Part shown: positions 12,401 to 24,949 of the stretch, in pieces | Layout: each line of letters starts with the position of its first letter | How positions within the stretch are numbered: the stretch's first letter is position 1 | From: Takakia lepidozioides | Taxonomy: Eukaryota > Plantae > Bryophyta | Length of the DNA stretch: 64,000 nt | Reading direction: 5' to 3' | Assembly (NCBI GenBank): GCA_030704615.1 | Contig: CM060733.1 | Location: forward strand, 45,136,001 to 45,200,000 | The notes under the pieces: generated by a model | The model's input: only the letters and a program-made list of their open reading frames with translations | What the model was told of the DNA's origin: nothing | Databases searched by the model: none | Program-made: the position numbers and the translations under genes

Positions 12401-13157
12401 CTATATACATTTATGCTCAAACTGAACTGTCTCAAACGCTCGCATGAAGACAAATTGGTCTTCTGAGCACTGGGAGCTGGCAAGCCGGCATGCATCGGCT
12501 GAGCAAGCGAGACAAACCTGTGCGAAGGCACAAAAGAAACTACATTCAAACATCTCGTCAGTCGTGTTGCGAAAGGCTTCTTTCGCCCAAATCCCCCAGA
12601 CAATGCTCACATGGAAGTCCACCAAGATAGGTGCACGCACACACTCTCGGATGTGCAACACTTCGCCCTTTGACTATGTGAGCAGATATGTCCACTCACC
12701 CAGCTAGCTGTTCGCTGTTACGCCTACTTTGGGATGACTAACAATCCTCGGCCACCCCACCCGATATCTCTCCGTCCCCGATCCACGAAAGGGAAATTTC
12801 CCACGAAGATATGACAAGCAACCGATCTCTCTCTATGCCCAAAATGCTCTGAGATTGGTGTGCCTCAGTGGAACAATTTCCCAAAACGTCCTTTGCCGTG
12901 ATGGCTAGCAACTCCTGAGCTAAAACTAGCTTCCTTAGAAAACTCTACAAACCTTTCACCTCCTCAGTCTACTCAGAAAAGAGAAGGAAACACGGCGAAA
13001 GTGAGGAATGGGGTGGTGCCATACCGGAAATACCAATATCATAGCCAAAGAGGAGACCGCCACTGGCGGCCACAACGCAGGCCAGGGCCACATACATTGT
13101 CATGCGTCCTTCATACTGCCGCTTCGGCCCCACTGCTATTATATGGCCCCCAGCCAT
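9443..13157 (-). CDS. STP: Sugar transport protein (STP/MST family hexose:H+ symporter), copy A, 515 aa
   Basis: Exons 13157-13025, 12354-12035, 11622-11281, 10657-10373 and 9910-9443 (1548 nt, GT-AG, in frame). Motifs [70 protein letters not shown]. Confidence 0.95.
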
Positions 13158-14402
13158 CTCTTCCCCTTTCTGCCCCTCCCTCTCTACGGGATCTAAGCCT
13201 CTCCGTCAGAAATGTTTTAGAAATCTCTGTCCATGAATCTCTCTTTCTCGGTGATCAGGACCTCCTTCCCGCTGTCGATGTGTTGTCTTCCTTACAATAA
13301 TGTACATGCCAACAAGTTCTCTCTCTCTTCCCCAAGAACTGCCTCCACAAGACTTCTCTCTCCCCGATGAACGGCCTCCGCAGTCTCTCAGCCTGAGGAA
13401 TTGCACTCCACCAAAATCCACCAACTGGTCTCTAGACACAGCAATTCCAAGTGATAGGCTTCTCTGACACTGAAACGGATCTCAAATTCCACCAAACAGG
13501 CAACAAACAACCCGAAGGCCTCTCAGTCCTTCGCCTCAAGTCAGAGGGACGAGGGGGGAAGGTGCTGTAAGCTTGTTACAGAAGCACGGTTCACCAAAGC
13601 TTTCCCATCCCAACACACAGAAGCGCAGAGAGAAAGAGAGCAGAGCGACTTGGATGTCCGAATAACCGTAATAGCGCAACCTCCCAGCTGAGCTCCTCTC
13701 CCTCAGCTCAGGACAACTCTGAGTTGCGAGGGCCGCAGGTTAGATAGTAAAGAGAGAGAGAGAGACTCGGGCAGGCAGCCGACGAAGTGCTGTCATGTAC
13801 GAGTCTAAACGCGCACGAGAGGGAGAGAGAGACAGCGCGGTACCTGCCTCTCACGCTCAGCAAGCCACAATATTTACCACCGCCCCCCCCCACTCCTTAT
13901 ATTTTCTCCACCTTGTTTTTTCCTTAATACGAAAGGGGACAGCGGCCCTTTGACCACCTTTTTGTGCTGCCCGAGTGGACCTACTTCTCTGCCCCAACAT
14001 ACTCCAATGGCCCCCCGCCCCTCCTCGTCAGGGAGAGGGCCCACTAATGCGCACGTGTGTTTTGTTTTGGTCCATCCTTGTTGACGACCGGAAGTGGACT
14101 TTGACCGTCAACCAAAGGCATGCAGATAGCCTTCGTACCTGTGTTGTACACATACAGCACTGTAAATACGTAAATACACAGGGGTTCACATGTGCACGGT
14201 TGGGAGAATAACAAGGTGGCAGGGTAAGAAAAGTGGCTATATAGCAGGTGGCTCTTTAGAACAGGTCTACGTAGGCTATGGCAGGCGCCTGATATTTAAC
14301 TACTGGCGTTTTCTGGCTAATTTTTCGATTTTTACCCCCATAATTTCTTTGTACAAGTAGCTGACCCATTTTCCAGGCGGCGATCTTTTACCAGGAAAAA
14401 AC

Positions 14403-16167
14403 CAGTGTATGGGGCGGGTATATTGATTTCAATATACCCCTTAGGGTATAAGTAAATTATTTTTGTCAAATCATTTACCCTCTGGTTATGGATAAATTGA
14501 GATCTCAAAAAATTATTTACCCTCAGGGTAAATTAACTTTTCAGATTTCTATATAACCCCCCCTTAAGGATATGTACATCCCAAAATATACCCTGAGGGT
14601 ATGGATAGTTTCCGGGTATGGATAATTATTTAAATCCCTTCAGGACAGAGACTTTGCATCATGTTGAAGTCAATGGAGAAAATGTGGTCAACGGACTTTA
14701 CAATGTGTCAAGAGTGTGATTGGTCTAGCTTCAATGGACAGAGCCCGCGGTTTGCGGCTTGTTAAAATTGTGATGCTTTTCCAATACAAAACAAAAGAAA
14801 CAATCTATGGTAAAAGAGAAAATTGATGAGATATTGCATAATATTTTGGCTTTAATTCCCAATGCAAGAGGAAGGAGGCTTGAGATTCAAAAAATATATG
14901 CAGGATCTGAAGAAGTTTTCTTTGGGTTCTGGGGGGGGGGCACTTCCAAATATTCCGAAACTACGGGCAAAAAAATATAGGGTACAATATATTCGTTGCA
15001 GATAAAATTAAAAAAATAATTACAAATAAAAACATGTATGTGGTTTTGGAATTTAAATGAATATAGGGTATGGAATAAAGACTATTTTTTTTATTTATAA
15101 CTACCAAAGATTTGGGATACTGGTTTATCAAGTCGGTTAGATTTGGATTTGGGGACTGAACTATGGATGACACTTAGTTCACAGTGGAGTTTGAATTTAG
15201 GGTGGAGGATATTTCTGCATCCAATAGATCTTTTCGATAAACCAACGACAACAGTAATGGTCATCTTAATATATTTCTCAAAATCTAGAAGGCACCTTAA
15301 ATTCAAGTATGATATAACAAAATAGTGAATGGATAGACATAGATTCAATCATTAGTTCAGTTACTATGACTTCTGACAAAGTTCAGAATGCTTACAACTT
15401 GAATGCTACTGATGCCCAAGCTTTGGATGAGTTTGTTTCGACCAAGTAATAAACTATTTTTTACTGTAATTGTTTTTGAATTGTATTGTTATTATAGCGT
15501 GCCTGAAATTTGCTAACAGTAGTAAAATAATTAATATAGCATGTCAAAAAATCCAGCATTTTATAAAACTATGTAAGTATAGGGTGGCCGATAAAGACCA
15601 AAATAAAAATAATACCCCCATACATAATATCCTTTTTTCACACGTAATATATAAAAGATATAGGGAGTGGCCCCCCAAGTTTGGGTTATATGGCATTTTA
15701 GGAATGATAGATATGTAATATTTTTTTTAGATGTGATTGGAACTTTCTTACAGCTGAAGGCTTCCTAACAACACAACAAATAGAGAGAAGACCTAACACA
15801 TAACGGGACCGTAGGGCACTAGTCTTACATCCCAAGAAAATCTCTCCCCATAGAAAAAAAAACTACTAGATTTTGCTAGGGTGAGATTCCCTAAAAGTAC
15901 CTCGACGCTAAATGTCACCTTGAATGCTACGACGTTGCTATGCTACCACCGTCGAATGCTACCGTCGTGGCTATGTTACCTTATACACCCTTATTAGATA
16001 TACCCTTCATTTTAACATATATGGTATATTGAACTTTGTAAATATAAGGATAAGGGTATATCATAAAAATATACCCTAATATAAGGGTATACATCCAAGT
16101 AGCTGCCACACCAAGGTATATATATATCAATATACCCTGATATATCCGCTATACCCACGCAATACTG
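14403..16167. mobile_element. Non-autonomous hAT-type DNA transposon
   Basis: Imperfect TIRs (CAGTGTATGGGGCGGGTATA vs reverse complement CAGTATTGCGTGGGTATA), 8-bp TSD gaaaaaac at 14395-14402 and 16168-16175, and subterminal ataccc/gggtat repeats. Absent from the paralogous promoter. Confidence 0.8.
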
Positions 16168-16699
16168 GAAAAAACACACAAAGCCTTACACAGCGGAATT
16201 TTGAGGAGCTTCTCGCAATGTTACATCAACAAAAAAGATGGGGGGAGAGGGAGAGCATATCTAAGTAGACGTCACATTGACCGAGTGGAAAGCTAGTGGC
16301 TTGTCGTGGGTATGTGGGACGAACAAACTATCCTCCTCAAAGAGTACAGATGTATGACTTTTTCTTTAAATATATATTTTGGGTTGGAAGCGTAAATTTA
16401 TTGCCAGGCGAGGGAAAAATAACCTCACATTGTATGCCATAGAGGTTGAGAGAGGGGACATTGCCCTGTGAGAGGGGAGAGCTATAATGAAAATGAGGGG
16501 AGGGGACGAGAAGGAGGGGACCAGGAATGAATTAGCATATTAAGGGGAAAAGTGATAAAACACTGTCTCATTTCTTTTTAGAGGGCTCAAAGGACAACTG
16601 GGCCTTGGAAATTTTTCCCTAAAGCTACTTCTGAGTCTCAATTTCCATCAGATTCGTTCCCGTCTGCTAAAGAGAGACGAGCACTAACCGAGCTCCCAA

Positions 16700-18500
16700 C
16701 ACGTCAAGAGGCTGTCGTTGCAAGTAATTGTTGATTATGAGGTTCTGGTATAGAGGATACCACCCTTGCCCTAGGAGTTGTCAAAACCAGGGAGAAGCTA
16801 CATAATTCTTCGACTCTCTGCACACCTAAGAAAAGCTGCACATAATACCACCCATGCTTTATGAGACGCAGACAGAATGTCTAAAGTGAACCGGCTTGTA
16901 CATAAGGACTATAACACAGGGCGAAAGACCCCCGTAGACCCTGCACGAGCACCTAGCTTTCCAGATGTTCCATAAAATATATTGTGCATGCACGATGCCC
17001 AAACAGGGCAACTACTCCATACATTGTCTTCCCGATAATTCAACAGCTGGATAGAAAAAAGAAAGCAGAGACCATATCTCCAAGAAGAATAAAATTGAGC
17101 CACCAAACGTCAAGCAGTAGATGGATTAGTGTAGAAAAGTAGGCAGTGTTCAATTGTCTTCGAAATTTTGATGGAAGCAACATGGACGGAGAGCAGCATT
17201 CTTGGAAATAAAACATGAGACCAAGAGGATTTGATTAACTAACTTCCACATAAATCCACTGATCTTAGCTGCACTGTTTTTCCTCCATATGTCATTTCAA
17301 ATGATCTTCCAACGGGGAGGGGAAACGAGGATATGTCTGCATTTCTCGTTCCCTTTGTGTTTCATCGTAATAGGAAGATGAAACAAGGAGTTGTGGTGTG
17401 AAAAGACGGGCCTACACAAAAGCCCAAGCTACTAACCCTTACCCTCTCACATTCATATCCCCACATCTGCTGCCCCGCAGCAGAAAAGAAAAAGAAACAT
17501 GCGCGGACTAATTGTAATTACAAGTGGTTCTCAGTTCTTGATGATAATTGCGTTTGGAAGCATGACACATTCGCAAAGAGTTCCTAGTCCCCAAATTAAT
17601 GATTACCGTAACCTAATGTGGTGCATCGATTTCTACATGTTGCTGCATGAATACACCAGACGAATCAATCCACGAACAATGATCCTTCAACCCCTAATAT
17701 GTACATGTAACGGTTAACCATCTACATCCCAACTGACCCTTCTACCAGGCTGGGCTAAATGAGACAGAAGATCGAGCTTAGATAGTGACGGACTAACACT
17801 CTGGAGAAACGAATATCAACAGCTGCTATGAACTACCAGCAGTCATGACCCAAATGTAAAACATGCTACCAGGGATGCATCTACATTCTCTTGTGCGAAT
17901 TTGATGATCCAGCCACTATCACACTACATGTCACAAAATGAAGACCCCAGGAATCCCTAGACTAAGAATGCAAAGTAACTTCCACTAGCATCTAACCTAA
18001 AGAGTGATGTTACACCTAAGGAACTATATAAGTGCCCCAAGAAAACACGAAGCATCAGCTGCAACGTTGCAGCCTTCATTCCAGATACCACATCCCCCCC
18101 AAAATCCCCCAATAAGGCTGATTGCCTCAACTTCTATTAGAATCTTCACCTCCATATCACCATCCGCCATCGTATCAAAATGAGTCATCCCTTACTTTAT
18201 CTCCATCCAGCTCTCTCTCTCCTCACAAGCTTCTCGAGTCTACATTGTGTCCCGTCTCTCTCAAGAAACAGAGGTCTCATCCCCAGTCTCTCTCTCTCCT
18301 CTCCATTCTACTAGCCACCATTAGGAAAAAGGTGCTGAATCGCCTGAAGCCTAGGCTTAAATCCCTGCGTTTGTCTACCTTCTTGCCCATGCTAGCCTCC
18401 CGCCATGACAACAATCGTTGCCTCCATTCTGAACCAACAATCTATAAAGCTAAAGAGAATCTAGCCTACCTCATAACTCAGCCGAAACTAACATAAACTC
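16700..18500 (-). mobile_element. Possible highly degenerate LINE remnant
   Basis: Only faint, frame-broken resemblances to LINE ORF2 motifs on the minus strand (SKLD near 17775, VAQFYSSW near 17100); no ORF. Confidence 0.3.
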
Positions 18501-19309
18501 TACCCGGCCGCCATCGCTGCAGATCACATTGCTCATATCCAGCCTTGATGTTGCCGTATGTCAGTAGAGTGATCAGTTTCCATACTCCACTCGTAATGCA
18601 AAACTAAAACCTGTTGCGCAAGATCGCCCTAGATTCCAGGGCCTCCATGATGAATGTATCACGACATTCATTAAGGAATGAAAACAAGATTCATCACAGG
18701 ACTTCGACAAAAACACACCCGGGCCGTATAGCTTAAGTGCATCAAAAGGAAAAATAAAAGTAGGGCACAAGAATTTGCACCACAGAGTACCCGAGTTTCA
18801 CAGAATAAACAAAGAAAGAATCGTGATTCTTGGTTCTTCATAATATTCAACAGTATGACGCTTGTTGTTTTGAATTACATCATTTGCATTTGCGCGAATG
18901 TGCAATTTGTATAAGGAACTATGACAAACTTTATTCGCTTTTGGGTTTGTCCCTTGGCCGTTTACAAGCCACAAACCTGGAGGTGCTTTCCAATACGAAC
19001 TACAAACTTGTATAAATAATACTTTGATATTAAATAAACTTTTCCAGAAAAATAAAATATTCCACGTCTGTCTAACCAAACTATGGAAATGTATATATAC
19101 ATGTCATGGACAATCCAAATTGGGCGTTACATAGAATAATAATATATGTGATTTGTTGTTACATGTGTACTAGTGATGGTGTCATTTATTTGCTTATCTT
19201 CTCTGTATCTGCATTGTAGAATCGGCCCACACCATTAGTTCTGACAGATGAAGTTATGAGCTGTAGAGGGTCTGATACAACTCATATACAAGTCGAGGAG
19301 GAGGGAGCA

Positions 19310-19605
19310 GTCTCGTGGCTATTGCGTGGGGGGGCTACGTGGGCATGTATGACGATTGCATGGTTGCCCACCTTGGCATTCCATGCCCCATGGAGGAGCG
19401 CCAAGTATGCAATGACAGGAAGGTGGCTACTACTCAGAGGAGCACATGGCAGCTATTGCCCATAGTGGGTGTCGTTGTAGTCTCGTGGTTATTGCATGGG
19501 GGGGCCATGTGGGCATATATGGCGATTGCATGGGTACCGAGAGAGGTGCGACAAGCATGCAGTGGCAGAAAGTTGGCTATTGCTCAGACAAGTACATGGC
19601 TATCG
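19310..19605. repeat. Degenerate direct duplication (~170-bp period)
   Basis: gtctcgtgg(c/t)tattgc(g/a)tggggggg...cgattgcatgg at about 19310 and 19480. Confidence 0.7.
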
Positions 19606-19729
19606 AAATTTTCTAGATTCTTCATTGGAAAACGACTGTAAGATGATCGCGTCATATAAACATGAGTGTCTCTGCATCACATCGTGTTTACTTGAGTGTC
19701 TGTGTATTAAGTAAGAGAGGAGGGAAGGA

Positions 19730-19935
19730 TGTTAACGGAGAATGTTGTGTCGTGCGCATACATATCGCTACACAACTATATCGCTGTCCAAAACCACACA
19801 ACACATGTACACACCACACACTAGTATACCACTAGTCCACCACTAGTCCAGCCACTAGTCCAACCACTAGGCTACAACTAGTCAGTCACTAGGCTGCCAC
19901 TATGCTGCCCACTATGGCAGTCACTAGTCCACACA
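19730..19935 (-). repeat. Putative 3' LTR (TG...ACA) with internal ccactag repeats; PPT at 19936-19946
   Basis: Minus strand reads AGGGGGGCGAT|TGTGTGGACTAG...CCGTTAACA. No matching second copy seen in the window. Confidence 0.5.
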
Positions 19936-20204
19936 ATCGCCCCCCTAGCTGGTGCTTAGGTCCCTCTAAGTCCAGGTAGCCACAAGATGTGATAGTGACC
20001 ATAGTCTCACTAAGTCCTCCACCACTATCCCTACTACACTCAAACTCGATAGATCAAGAGGCCGGGTGCAAGAGTTGCCCCATCGTTAGTCGCCATCTTG
20101 CAACCTATGAACTTGAGCTTGGGATCTCATGTATTGACTCCTATGAGCTTGGCCTCCCATGTCTTGTTAGCTGCCTCCAGTCATATCCACTGCCACTATC
20201 CCAA

Positions 20205-20339
20205 GCAGTGTGGACATAACCAATCTCCGTCAGGAACCTTCTCAAGAGGTGGTGTCAAGCATCCCATATGCCAACCCCTTGAGCATCGATCACACACCAG
20301 CATGGTGGCTGCCCCTTTGGCAGACCCACAGAGCATGCA
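20205..20339 (-). pseudogene. PHD finger (C4HC3) at the integrase C-terminus of the Gypsy pol
   Basis: CMLC...MLVCDRCSRGWHMGCLTPPLEKVPDGDWLCPHC, all eight Zn ligands present. Confidence 0.93.
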
Positions 20340-20549
20340 CATCAAACCTGCAGGTACCACTGCCAAGTTTGGGTCAACTCTGCCATCGACATTGGGAAGG
20401 TGACATGGCGCACAATTACGCACATGGTCCTTCCAAGTCATGCCATCCCGACCCTCCAAGATCAGGACCCCTGAGGGCAACACCTCTCGAACCCTCAGAA
20501 TAACACGCCCTGCAGTAACATCTAGAGTCGTAGGAGCAGTCTGCTGCAA

Positions 20550-21474
20550 ATAAACATAGTCACTAGGGCTAAACCTCCGAACCCCAGGACGATATCATCC
20601 ACCACGTATAGTGGCATACCTCAACGTATCACGGTGCAATGGCAAGGTTCTCAAAAGCCATGGGCATGACTTTCTTGAACAACTCTGCACGCTGATCACA
20701 TGCACGTACCCACACGTCCGGATCGTCAAGGTTAAGGACTTGAGCAGTGTCCCTACGAACGGCTGCAGGCAAATCCGGCTCTCGGTCAAAGAGAAGGAAA
20801 TATGGTGAGAAGGAGGCAAATGATGCTTGTTTGCTGAACCTGTAGCCCCTGGCTAACCAAGGAACCTGAAGATCCCAATCTCCTAGGTGTCCCTTCTGCA
20901 AGCCATACTTGCGCAAACCCCTCTTCACCGTCTGAACAACTCTCTCTGCTAAGCCATCGGCCTCAGCATGATCCCGAGAAGTGGTGCGGTGGTCTATCAA
21001 GGCTTTATCACACAAAGCCTGAAACTCCCCCAAGAACTCTCTCCCTTGGTCCGTGAGTACCTCAGCTGGAGCACAAATCGGCTAAGCACACGATCCAAGA
21101 ATGCATACGCAGCCCCCTCACTAGCTTTGTCAGGCAATGGAACCAACTCAATCCACTTGGAGAAAGTGCTCCACCATCACCAACACATATCTGTGGTGGT
21201 GCATAGTCAGTGGCAACGGTCCTGCGAAGTCAAGACTCCACCTGTAGCCCAATCCCATGATTGGTAAATGATGCAACTGTGGTGTAGGGGTGTTGAATGA
21301 AGCACGCACCCTGTCACACACCATGTACCTAGCCACGAATTGTTGCACCTCTGTATGCATACCACGCCACCAATACTGCCCTTGCAGTAATCTGTGAGTG
21401 CGTCGCACTCCAAAATGCCCCAACTCCTCATGGGCATGCCGCACTAACCGCACGCTGTGTGGGGTGAGGCACAA
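20550..21474 (-). pseudogene. Integrase (HHCC and DDE core), frameshifted
   Basis: HEELGHFG...WW...VC, WSLDFAGP, TDQGREF and DGLAERVVQT spread over several frames. Confidence 0.9.
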
Positions 21475-23164
21475 TCCTCACCCGACCATCCTCCCACACT
21501 CGAAGTAGGTGTATCCCCTCCCACTTGAACCTCTTGGCTCGTTGCAGGATCCGATCCCTCTCCCTGGCAGTCACAGTGGCTGTCGTGTCTCCCGTGCGGA
21601 GGTAGTCCAACACAGCCGAATCCTCATGTATATCTCTGGCACCACCTGGCTCATCACTAGCCTCAGGGTCCTCAGACACTCCGTCTACAGTCATCCTTGT
21701 TGTAGGTCCAACCTGACCTCCCGATGCCAAGATACACAAAAATGCAGATGCGTGCCATCCCGGCACCATCTCCTCGTCCGTCTCACCATGCCACCGAGCT
21801 CCAATGTCATCATGCTGGCTCATGCATGGATTGCGACTCAATCCATCCGCATCCCAATTGACCAAACCCGGTCGATGCACAACCTGAAAGTCATACTCCT
21901 GGAGTATGAGTGCCCACCGTACAAGCTTCCCCGTAAGCTTGTCTGACTCCATCAACCACTTGAGTGGCTGGTGATCCGTGACAATGGTGAAAAGATTGCC
22001 GTATAGATAGCACCTGAAGTGTGCCTCGGCCCACACTGCAGCTAAGCACTCTCCCTCATATGAGCTGTACTTAGCCTCTGCAGCATTGTTCGAGCGGCTA
22101 GCATAAGCCATTACGAACTCTCTTCCCTCATCATCCACCTGTGTGAGCACCGCTCCAAGCCCCAGCATGCTCCAATCCGTATGCAGTTGAAAGGGACGCC
22201 CCCTGATAGGTCGTCTCAGGATAGGCGCCGAGGTCAACCTCGCCTTGAGCTCTTGAAAAGCTTGTTCCTGCTCATCTTCCCACTGCCACTCCTGGTCCAC
22301 CTTGGTCAACTTGGTTAGAGCCTTTGCAATGGTACTAAATCCCTTGACAAACCGTCTATAATAGTTTGCCAACCCCATGAAAGCTCGAACTCGGCTCACA
22401 TCCGTGGGGCGTGGAATTTGTGCAATGGCCTCTGCCTTAGTCTGTTGTACCCCCAATCCTCCAGGATATATCATGTGACCCAGATACTCAATCTGGGTGT
22501 GGAAAAACTTGCACTTCCCCGGATGCAACTTCAATCCGTGCGCTCTCAAGCGCTCCAATACCACCTGAAGGTGTCTCTCATGCTCCTCCATCGTAACACT
22601 AAAGATGATGATGTCATCTATGTAGCACCGAGCAAAGTCCACCCCTGCTAGAATCCTATCCATGACTCTCTGAAACTTTGCAGGAGCATTCTTAAGCCCA
22701 AATGGTAAGAACCGCCACTGATATAGGCAATCCTTGCCGTGCTTATTGATCCCCCAGAATGTCGTCTTTTGCTTGTCCGCCTCCTTGATTGGCAACTGGT
22801 GATATCCGGATCGTAAATCCAAAGTGCTAAAGGCTTTAGCATGCCCGATGGCATCAAAGATCTCCTCTGGTGTTGGCATGGCATACTTATCGGACTTGGT
22901 CTGACGATTTACAGGCCGGTAATCACCGCACATACGTCTCTCCGTCCAATTGCCATAGACATCCTTCTTGGCTGGCATCACTGTGGCTGAAGCATACTCT
23001 CCACCAGAGAGCTCCACCAAACCTGCCTCCCAGAGATCTTGAGTCCTCATCTGAATCAAAGACCTCTCCATGTCACTGTATCTATAGGGTCTCCAAAAGA
23101 TTGGCATGTCAGTGGCCAACTCAATACGGATCTCTTGACCCTTCAGTGCTCCCAAGTCCTTCAA
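21428..23164 (-). pseudogene. Reverse transcriptase and RNase H of the Gypsy pol
   Basis: RMCGDYR, LDLRSGYHQ, LPFGLKNAP, CYIDDII, FQLHTDWS, EGECLA, VTDHQPL, DADGLSR. Confidence 0.97.
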
Positions 23165-23629
23165 ACTGAAGGCAAAGCAATTCCTGTAAGCCCTCAGGAA
23201 CCGCCGTATACGTCGTCTCTCTCCTCCGGTGACAATGGGTCCAATGTCAGGCTCCCAATTGTCCTCCGTAACTGCAACCTTAAGTCCAGTGGGCTTAGAG
23301 GTAGAGGACGCGTCCAGTGGTTGCTATGTTGCATCCTCTTGAGCAGTACTCCCTGCCTGCTCAGTCAATGACAAGGCCTCATCCTGCCCCATCATCTCAT
23401 CCTTGAGGACCTCCTCAACCCGAGAAGAATCCCCAACCTCATCCATCACAGCCGCCTTGGCTGCCAACTCCCTCTGAACCTCGAGCACCTCCCACGTGTG
23501 CCATGGATGCATGCACCCCGTGGTCCTCACATGCTCGCCCCCACTCACTGCCTGTACCGTCTCGGTAGGCAGAGAGACCATTGAGGGAAGTGTACTCCGC
23601 ACTCTGCGTTGCTCAGCCAGAGCCAAGCT

Positions 23630-24575
23630 GATAATCCAGGTCAAGCAATTAAGTTCCATTGCTTGCCCCAACACTTGACGACGTGATGCCTCAGAAAGAG
23701 ATGACACCGCCGTGGTACCAGTGGTAAAACCCATTGCCCGCTCACGCTCGTCAGCATTAGGCTCCACTAACTGCTGCAACTGAGCATCCCACAGGAGGCC
23801 AGGTCCACTATCCCGGAAAGCATGCGATCCTGGGAAGCTGAGCAGTGTAGGTAATGCTGCTCGTGGTTGACCCACCTTGTTGACCACTGCCAAAGGCGAA
23901 CGGTCATCGTGTCTCACACGTTGAGACTGCCTCCCTGTGTCCAAAATGTTATCCACTGTGAGATGTGCTGGCCGTTACACCCCATCAAATGCACGCTTGA
24001 GCAGTGCGGGTGGCATCAAGTTAGTCCACCATAGCCGTGGACGATGAGCCCATGACCCCACTGTAGCTGCATCTAGCAACACTGCTGACCCAAACCACGA
24101 CCGGACTTGATGCACACTGGCCATCACCTTGGCCCGAGAATCGCCCATCAGTGGCACATTCTCCAAGATGTATGCTAGAGATACAGCTTGATGAAGCTGC
24201 AAGTGGCGCAAAACCCGCACCATCTCCCAAAACAGACCCGACCTCGAGTCTCGCAATCCATTGCCATGCCCGCTGATGAATGCCCTTGGCAGGGCCAACC
24301 TGCCACTACTAGATCAATGGAGCCAACCCGCTCCAAATCCTGCGCCCCCAGCAACGAAATGTCTGCTGGCAAGGCCTGCTGATATCCACGAATTGCAGAC
24401 ACCGACAACAACTCAGGGTACCGCTGCACCAACTGAGCAACATGGCGAAGTGAAACGCGTCGTGCAGTCTCATCCCTCTCCACATACAGGTAACGCCGAA
24501 CTCGTACACCTGCTTGTAACACAGCAGCCAATCCGGTGCTGATCCCGCCAAACAAGTCCAGAAGACAAATGTCTT
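23630..24575 (-). pseudogene. C5-cytosine DNA methyltransferase domain (DNMT3-like) inside retrotransposon pol
   Basis: Motif I LDLFGGISTG, II YVERD, IV DLVVAGWPCQG, VI YILENV, VIII AHRPRLWWTNL, IX ERERAMGF, X RRQVLGQAM. One frameshift near 24270 and one in-frame TAA at 23975-23977. Confidence 0.93.
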
Positions 24576-24949
24576 CATCCGGATACTGCCACACAATAGG
24601 TGTGGTGTCCAATGGAGACAATTGAGGTGGTCCTGGTGCAATCCCCACACTCTCCTCCTCTCCTGACGGTACAAAAGCCTCCACCCAGGCTTGTTGCACC
24701 CGTCGATCAGCATCCCGCTGCAAATCCTTGCTCGTGCCCCACAATGGAGTCTGAGCAACCATGGTAGGCAACTCCGCCATACCATACATGTCATCCTGCT
24801 CTCCCGGAGGTGGTACATCCTCTGAATGAGCATTGCCCTCAAGCAACTCTCTAGGCCAACTCACTGCCGCTATGAATGCTGCTAGTGTCGGCATCTTGCC
24901 TCGCTGGGCAACCGCAACTCCTCCTATGAACGTCACAGGGAGCTGCACA

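Larger units (their letters stand above)
8228..16360. repeat. Segmental duplication unit A (STP gene plus flanks); partner about 35006-41370
   Basis: Exons, introns, 3' flank (gttggagacaat.. vs gttggcgacaat..) and promoter (..gagtggaaag..gtggcttgt at ~16283 vs ~41284) are collinear. Confidence 0.9.

Noticed and set aside
17706-19130. Solo LTR bounded by TGTAACG...CGTTACA
   Set aside because: The flanks (gtaca / tagaa) do not form a TSD and there is no second copy.
23630-24575. Host DNMT gene or bacterial contaminant methylase
   Set aside because: Intronless, in frame with the retroviral-type protease and directly followed by RT; no N-terminal host domains and no restriction-modification context.
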